Below are positions 59,156 to 64,000 of a DNA stretch of 64,000 nucleotides, piece by piece; the first letter of the stretch is position 1, and the number at the start of each line of letters is the position of its first letter. The DNA comes from Roseobacter sp. (GTDB lineage: Bacteria; Pseudomonadota; Alphaproteobacteria; Rhodobacterales; Rhodobacteraceae), in NCBI GenBank assembly GCA_045106135.1, contig JBGCEG010000061.1, positions 34,809 through 98,808 on the forward strand. Direction: 5' to 3'. Position numbers and translations under genes: made by a program. The notes beneath the pieces are model-generated. The model did no database searches and was not told the origin of the DNA. It was given only the letters and a program-made list of their open reading frames with translations.

Positions 59156-60175
59156 TTACACCCTCACTTTCGTGCCCGCAGCGGCGGAGGCATAAATCGC
59201 GTCCTTGATCCGGATCACCTCTAGATAGTCGCGGGCTGTGTTTTCCAATGGGGCACCTGTTTGCAGCGCAGCGACCACGTGGCTTTGCAGGAAGTGCACG
59301 CAGTCCCCGCCGAAGCCTTCCCATGTGTCGGGCGGCAGCAGCTGGTGTGCATCGCGCGCGCAAAATGCGCGAAGGCCCACAGAGCCATCCCCCCAGAGCA
59401 TCAGCGTGCCGTCGGTGCCTTCGATCAGGGCCTCGCCCATGGTGCGCCGGGTGTTGTCAGCGGCGTGATCCAACAACCGGTTGCCATCAAACAGCGCGCG
59501 CAGCCCGTTGTCGTGTTCAAAGATGACATAGCCTGCATCTTCGCCCGCGATGGCAGGGTTCACGCGGCGCAGGTCCGCATAGACAGCCCCCGGCGCGCCA
59601 AACAGGAAGCGAAACGTATCAACCCAATGCACCCCGGTTTCATGGATCAAAAAGCGAGGCATCTGCTGAAAATAGGGTTGCCTGTCCAGATAGGCCTGCG
59701 GCCCTTGCCCGTCGCCGGGGCGCAGCCGGAATGTCGCCTGCAGCGGCGTTCCGATGCGGCCCTCTGCCATCACCGTTTTCAAGAACCGGTACCACGGCAT
59801 AAAGCGGAAATTCTCGTGCACGATCAGCCGCGCGCCTGCGGCTTCTGCCGCCGCAACCGTGCGTTCGGCTTCGGCAAGATCCACGCAAAAAGGCTTTTGG
59901 CAGATGATCGTTGGCACCCCCTGCGCCAGCGCAGTTTCAATCGCGGTGCTGTGGCCTATGGGCGGAATGATAATGTCCAGAATATCCGGCTGTTCTACGG
60001 ACAGCATGGTTTGCAGATCGTCATAGGCCCTGTGGCCTGTCGCCTTGGCGGCCTCAAGGTTTTGATCGCAGGCGGCGATGCAGGTGGCGCTGTCCATGCG
60101 CGCCCATGATCCGTAGTGGAACTGGCTGAAGTAGCCCGCCCCCAGACAGGCCACGCGCACCGCAGCGTCGGTCAT
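59156..60175 (-). CDS. Gfo/Idh/MocA oxidoreductase (resembles the D-apiose dehydrogenase subgroup)
   Basis: GAG.F, ICQKPF, VHENFR, E.GVH..D, RVNP.IAGED motifs. Confidence 0.82.
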   Translation of the reverse strand: MTDAAVRVACLGAGYFSQFHYGSWARMDSATCIAACDQNLEAAKATGHRAYDDLQTMLSVEQPDILDIIIPPIGHSTAIETALAQGVPTIICQKPFCVDLAEAERTVAAAEAAGARLIVHENFRFMPWYRFLKTVMAEGRIGTPLQATFRLRPGDGQGPQAYLDRQPYFQQMPRFLIHETGVHWVDTFRFLFGAPGAVYADLRRVNPAIAGEDAGYVIFEHDNGLRALFDGNRLLDHAADNTRRTMGEALIEGTDGTLMLWGDGSVGLRAFCARDAHQLLPPDTWEGFGGDCVHFLQSHVVAALQTGAPLENTARDYLEVIRIKDAIYASAAAGTKVRV

Positions 60176-61257
60176 GGCGTCAACGCCTCTGCAATGGCAG
60201 CGACGGTGTCCGCCGTGCTTGCAGCCCCGCCCAGATCAGGCGTGCGCACCACGCCCCGGGCCAGCACGTCCTCAACCGCTGCGCGCAACCGGTCCGCATC
60301 GCGGCGCATCGCTGGCGCGTCATGGCGCAGGCCCAGCCAGTCAAGCATCATTGCGGCCGACAACACCATGGCCATCGGGTTGGCCACCCCCTGCCCTGCG
60401 ATATCAGGGGCCGAACCATGGCACGGTTGGAAAACCGCATGGTTTTCACCGATGTCGGCAGAGGGCGCAAAGCCAAGCCCGCCCATCAACCCTGCCCCCA
60501 GATCAGAGAGGATATCGCCGAACATGTTCTCTGTGACCAGGACGTCAAAATCCCATGGCCGCAGCACGAACCACAGCGCCATGGCGTCCACGTAGGCGTG
60601 ATCGGCCACCAGATCGGGGTGCTTTGCAGCCTCTGCGTCAAAGATTTCACGAAAGAACGCAAACGCCCTAAAGACATTTGCCTTGTCCACGCAGGTCACC
60701 TTGCCGGGGCCCTGCCCTGCCGCTTTGCGCTGGTGGGCCAGATCAAATGCAAAGCGGAAAAGTTGTTCGGACACGCCCCGCGTGATGCGCAGGGTCTCGC
60801 GCGCCTCGTTTGGCTCAACCTCGCCCCGCCCCTGCGAGTAAAACAACCCTTCGGTGCTTTCACGGATCAAGACGAAATCAACGGATTTCCCTTCCGGCAG
60901 GGTCAGTGGGCTTGGCAGACCGGGAAACAGGCGTACCGGGCGGACACCTGCAAATAGCGCCAGTTCCATGCGCAAATCGATCTGAGGTGAAATCTCCGTC
61001 CCGCCGGGATAGCGCACAGACGGCAGGCCCATGGCAGAGAGCAGAATGGCATCCGCCTTGCGCGCTGTCTCAAGCGATGCAGCAGGCAGCGCTTCCCCGG
61101 TTTGGGCATAATGCGCCGCACCCGCAGGCACATGCGTGAAGTCAAACGCATAGCCGCCGTCCTGCGCCATGCGCGCCAAAAGCGCGATGGTTGGCGCCAT
61201 GATCTCAGGCCCGATGCCATCCCCATCGAATACAGCAATTGAATAGGTGTCTTTCAT
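60172..61257 (-). CDS. Isocitrate/isopropylmalate/tartrate-type beta-decarboxylating dehydrogenase
   Basis: GDGIGPE, RE.TEG.F, VDKAN, NMFGDILSD, HGSAPDIAG motifs. Confidence 0.9.
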   Translation of the reverse strand: MKDTYSIAVFDGDGIGPEIMAPTIALLARMAQDGGYAFDFTHVPAGAAHYAQTGEALPAASLETARKADAILLSAMGLPSVRYPGGTEISPQIDLRMELALFAGVRPVRLFPGLPSPLTLPEGKSVDFVLIRESTEGLFYSQGRGEVEPNEARETLRITRGVSEQLFRFAFDLAHQRKAAGQGPGKVTCVDKANVFRAFAFFREIFDAEAAKHPDLVADHAYVDAMALWFVLRPWDFDVLVTENMFGDILSDLGAGLMGGLGFAPSADIGENHAVFQPCHGSAPDIAGQGVANPMAMVLSAAMMLDWLGLRHDAPAMRRDADRLRAAVEDVLARGVVRTPDLGGAASTADTVAAIAEALTP

Positions 61258-61311
61258 GCCAGTCTCGCTCCGCCAAAACTATCGTTCAGATAGGGATAGA
61301 CGATGCGCCTA

Positions 61312-61339
61312 TTAAAGTATACGTTATTTTCAACTTTAA
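61312..61339. promoter_or_regulatory. Putative GntR operator in the divergent promoter region
   Basis: AAAGTATACGTT near-palindrome (GTATAC core) within the inverted repeat TTAAAGT-N14-ACTTTAA. Confidence 0.5.
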
Positions 61340-61363
61340 ATCATGAAATGGCTGGAGGCCCCC

Positions 61364-61654
61364 ATGTTCGCCGTGACCGTCACGATCACCACGCACCCGG
61401 AAAAGACAAAAGACTTCCTGCCCCTGATCCTTAAGAATGCACAATTATCGCTGAGCCATGAGCAAGGGTGTTTGCAGTTCGATGTCGCCACAGAGCCGAG
61501 CCGCCCCGGCGCATTCTTTCTCTATGAACTTTACACGGATGCTGCAGCATTTGACGCGCACCTTGCCTCTGCGCATTTTCTGGAATTCGATCAGGCCACA
61601 GCAGCGATGATCGCGAAGAAATCTATCGCGACGTTTAGCGAGGTGCGGCAATGA
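61364..61654 (+). CDS. ABM-fold protein (putative quinol monooxygenase/LsrG-like)
   Basis: NA..S...E.GC.QFDV..F.LYE.Y....AF.AH....HF; GGAGG SD. Confidence 0.88.
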   Translation: MFAVTVTITTHPEKTKDFLPLILKNAQLSLSHEQGCLQFDVATEPSRPGAFFLYELYTDAAAFDAHLASAHFLEFDQATAAMIAKKSIATFSEVRQ

Positions 61655-62448
61655 GCACATGGGAGGTGCACGCCCTCAAATATGCGGACCGGAACGAACG
61701 CACCCGGAGCGACAGCTTCCTTTTCGACGATGCGCACAACACGCCACACCCGATGGACTATTTCATGTGGCTTTTGCAGCAGGGCGACAAAACCATTCTG
61801 GTCGATACCGGCTATGACACGGCCGAGGCGGACAGGCGCGACAGACCAATCCGGATGGCCCCACAGGACGCCTTGCGCCCTTTTGGGCTAACGCCCGAAG
61901 ACATTGATCAGGTCATTGTCACGCACCTGCACTACGATCATGCAGGCGGGCTGCACCTTTTCCCCAACGCCACACTGCATATGCAAGCAGCTGAAATGTC
62001 CTATGCGACAGGCCCCTGCATGTGCTACGACACGTTGCGCAAGCCCTTCACGGCGGACCATATCTGTGAGGCGGTCAAGCGGCTGCATTCAGGGAAAGTG
62101 GTCTTTCATGACGGCGATGGCATGATCGCTGACGGGGTCACTGTGCACTGCATTGGCGGGCACAGCCGGGGGCTACAAGCCGTGCGGGTGCGTACGGAAA
62201 GCGGCTGGCTGGTACTGGCCTCAGATGCGGCGCATTACTATGAAAATGTATTTTCGCGCAAACCCTTCCCGATCGTCGTGGATTTGCAGGACATGCTAGA
62301 CGGCTTCGACCGGTTGGAAAGCCTGACCACCGACAAGCGCCTGATCATCCCCGGACATGACCCTCAGGTCACGGCGCTTTTCCCGAAAGGGCCGGCGGAC
62401 CATATCTGGCGTTTAGATCGCGGGCTCGCAGCGCCATGGCCGTTTTGA
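61651..62448 (+). CDS. Metallo-beta-lactamase-fold lactonase (AHL-lactonase-like)
   Basis: VDTG, THLHYDHAG, GHS, SDAAH, PGHD motifs; ATGA overlap with the ABM gene. Confidence 0.88.
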   Translation: MSTWEVHALKYADRNERTRSDSFLFDDAHNTPHPMDYFMWLLQQGDKTILVDTGYDTAEADRRDRPIRMAPQDALRPFGLTPEDIDQVIVTHLHYDHAGGLHLFPNATLHMQAAEMSYATGPCMCYDTLRKPFTADHICEAVKRLHSGKVVFHDGDGMIADGVTVHCIGGHSRGLQAVRVRTESGWLVLASDAAHYYENVFSRKPFPIVVDLQDMLDGFDRLESLTTDKRLIIPGHDPQVTALFPKGPADHIWRLDRGLAAPWPF

Positions 62449-62459
62449 CGGACCGCCTG

Positions 62460-62476
62460 TGCACAAAACATCAGCA
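62460..62476. promoter_or_regulatory. Putative NtrC binding site upstream of ureD
   Basis: TGCACAAAACATCAGCA (TGC-N11-GCA), about 90 bp upstream of ureD. Confidence 0.55.
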
Positions 62477-62568
62477 CACCCCGTGCTTTGGTAGAAGCGC
62501 GGTGAATTCTTCATGGTCAAACTGACTGTTGCGTGTGACAGTCCCGCCATGGGGGACGACAATATCCA

Positions 62569-63390
62569 ATGCTGATGCGCGCTGCCGCAACACTCGACCA
62601 ACCTCGCGCCATCGGGCTCGCCGCCTTGCGCGTCAAGGCGCGGGATGGTGCGTCGCACATTGACACGCTGCGCCATTCCGGTGCGCTCAAGGTGCTGTTT
62701 CCCCGGGCCACCGACCCGATGCAGGCGATCATGATCAATACCGCCGGTGGCATTACCGGCGGCGACCGCTTTGATGTGGCAGCCACCGCCGGTGTGAACA
62801 CGGCGCTGACGATCAGCACGCAGGCAGCGGAACGGGCGTATCGCGCGCAACCCAACCAGACGGGCGTTCTGCGCACCAAACTGACGGTTGAGGACAACGC
62901 GACCCTGAACTGGGTCCCGCAGGAAACCATCCTGTTCGATGGGGCCGCCTATGCCCGACGCCTCGATGTTGATTTGGCCGAGACCGCCCGTTTCCTGATG
63001 GTGGAGCCTGTGATCTTTGGCCGCCGCGCCATGGGCGAAGAACCCAACGATCTGGTCTTCTCCGACGACATCCGCGTCAACCGCGCGGGCACGCCGCTGT
63101 ACAGGGACGCGATGTGCTGGCAGGGGAACGTGGCCGCGCAGCTTGACCGGCCCGCAATCGCGGGCGGTGCCCGCGCCCTTGCCACACTGCTGTACGTGGC
63201 CCCCGATGCAGCGGCGCATCTGGACCCGTTGCGCGAGATGCTTGGAGAGACCGCAGGCGCGAGCCTTCTGGCCGATGATGTGCTAACCGCGCGCGTGCTG
63301 GCCGCCGACGGTTTTCTGCTCCGCCGCGCCCTGCTGCCTGCGCTGGACCGACTGACACACCACAAACTGCCCATAAGCTGGAGACTATGA
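62569..63390 (+). CDS. ureD: Urease accessory protein UreD
   Basis: NTAGG.TGGD, TQAAE..YR, W.PQETI.F motifs; upstream of ureA. Confidence 0.93.
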   Translation: MLMRAAATLDQPRAIGLAALRVKARDGASHIDTLRHSGALKVLFPRATDPMQAIMINTAGGITGGDRFDVAATAGVNTALTISTQAAERAYRAQPNQTGVLRTKLTVEDNATLNWVPQETILFDGAAYARRLDVDLAETARFLMVEPVIFGRRAMGEEPNDLVFSDDIRVNRAGTPLYRDAMCWQGNVAAQLDRPAIAGGARALATLLYVAPDAAAHLDPLREMLGETAGASLLADDVLTARVLAADGFLLRRALLPALDRLTHHKLPISWRL

Positions 63391-63391
63391 T

Positions 63392-63694
63392 ATGCAGCTG
63401 ACCCCTCGTGAAAAAGACAAACTGCTGGTCGCTCTGGCCGCCGAAGTGGCCCGCAAGCGCCTCGCCCGGGGGGTCAAGCTGAACCATCCCGAAGCCATCG
63501 CGCTGATCACCGATGCGGTGGTCGAGGGCGCGCGCGACGGGCGGTCCGTTGCGGACATGATGGAAGCCGGCGCGCAGGTGATCACCCGCGACCAATGCAT
63601 GGAGGGCATCCCCGAGATGATCCATGACGTGCAGGTCGAAGCCACCTTTCCCGACGGCACCAAGCTTGTCACCGTCCACAACCCTATTCGCTAA
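63392..63694 (+). CDS. ureA: Urease gamma subunit
   Basis: [34 protein letters not shown]. Confidence 0.98.
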   Translation: MQLTPREKDKLLVALAAEVARKRLARGVKLNHPEAIALITDAVVEGARDGRSVADMMEAGAQVITRDQCMEGIPEMIHDVQVEATFPDGTKLVTVHNPIR

Positions 63695-63721
63695 AAGCCC
63701 ATCCGCTAAAGGACCGACCCC

Positions 63722-63880
63722 ATGAAAATCACCCTTGCCCTGCTACTCGCCTTGTCCACAGCCCCCGCCTATGCCCATTCGGGCGCACACATCCACCCCC
63801 ATGGCGATACCGGCTTGCCGGTCCTCGCGGGGTTGGCTGCCATTGCACTGGCTGCGTTTCTTGGATGGCGCTCCCGATGA
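63722..63880 (+). CDS. Small His-rich exported/membrane protein (52 aa), not in the ORF track
   Basis: [52 protein letters not shown]; AAAGGA SD; stop overlaps ureB ATG (ATGA). Confidence 0.75.
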   Translation: MKITLALLLALSTAPAYAHSGAHIHPHGDTGLPVLAGLAAIALAAFLGWRSR

Positions 63881-64000
63881 TCCCCGGCGAAGTGATGCCC
63901 GCAGCGGGAGAGATCACACTGAACAACGGGGCTGAAGCGATCACGCTGATGGTCGCCAACACCGGTGACCGCCCCGTGCAGGTCGGCAGCCACTACCACT
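63877..64000 (+). CDS. ureB: Urease beta subunit (runs off the window end)
   Basis: [31 protein letters not shown]. Confidence 0.96.
   Translation, partial: MIPGEVMPAAGEITLNNGAEAITLMVANTGDRPVQVGSHYH

Noticed and set aside
60172-61257. leuB assignment
   Set aside because: No leuC/leuD context, and the substrate-loop region does not look like canonical LeuB; kept at family level
61651-62448. Quorum-quenching AHL lactonase role
   Set aside because: The fold is shared with metabolic lactonases and the context (ABM, sugar dehydrogenase, otnKC) favours catabolism; not excluded, but unsupported
1-64000. CRISPR arrays, prophage, transposases, tRNA/rRNA genes, known anti-phage defence genes
   Set aside because: No regularly spaced repeats or recognisable signatures seen by eye; short or diverged elements could have been missed

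Overview
GC-rich (roughly 60% by eye) chromosomal DNA from an alphaproteobacterium, most likely Roseobacter clade, judged by gene content and order (betI-betC, VPLPA-CTERM protein, Hint_2 remnant, DUF1127 genes, ureD-ureA-ureB). Most of the window is core or metabolic: betIC, yebC, ymdB-like, ygfA, mgtE, guaD, hisN, yccA, rpmG, the RNase P RNA gene rnpB, gatCA, tadA, rluB, dtd, a peptide-type ABC importer, two MsbA-like exporters and two acyl-CoA ligases. I found no prophage, transposase, tRNA, rRNA or CRISPR array. Main points of interest: (1) a putative envelope-stress operon (29-aa membrane peptide, xpaC-like, telA-like, DUF2927 lipoprotein, SPFH/GYF_2, cytochrome b, Zn-ribbon); (2) a tetronate catabolic cluster (ltnD-otnK-otnC) that lacks otnI but carries four extra enzymes; (3) a 52-aa signal-peptide/His-rich/TM protein between ureA and ureB; (4) a 106-bp MITE-like element that supplies the stop codons of two convergent genes; (5) mini-ORFs bridging both spacers of the ABC operon; (6) a decayed lamin-tail/Hint-domain gene. 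Product calls come from motifs I recognise, not from database searches. Several start codons were moved from the ORF track.
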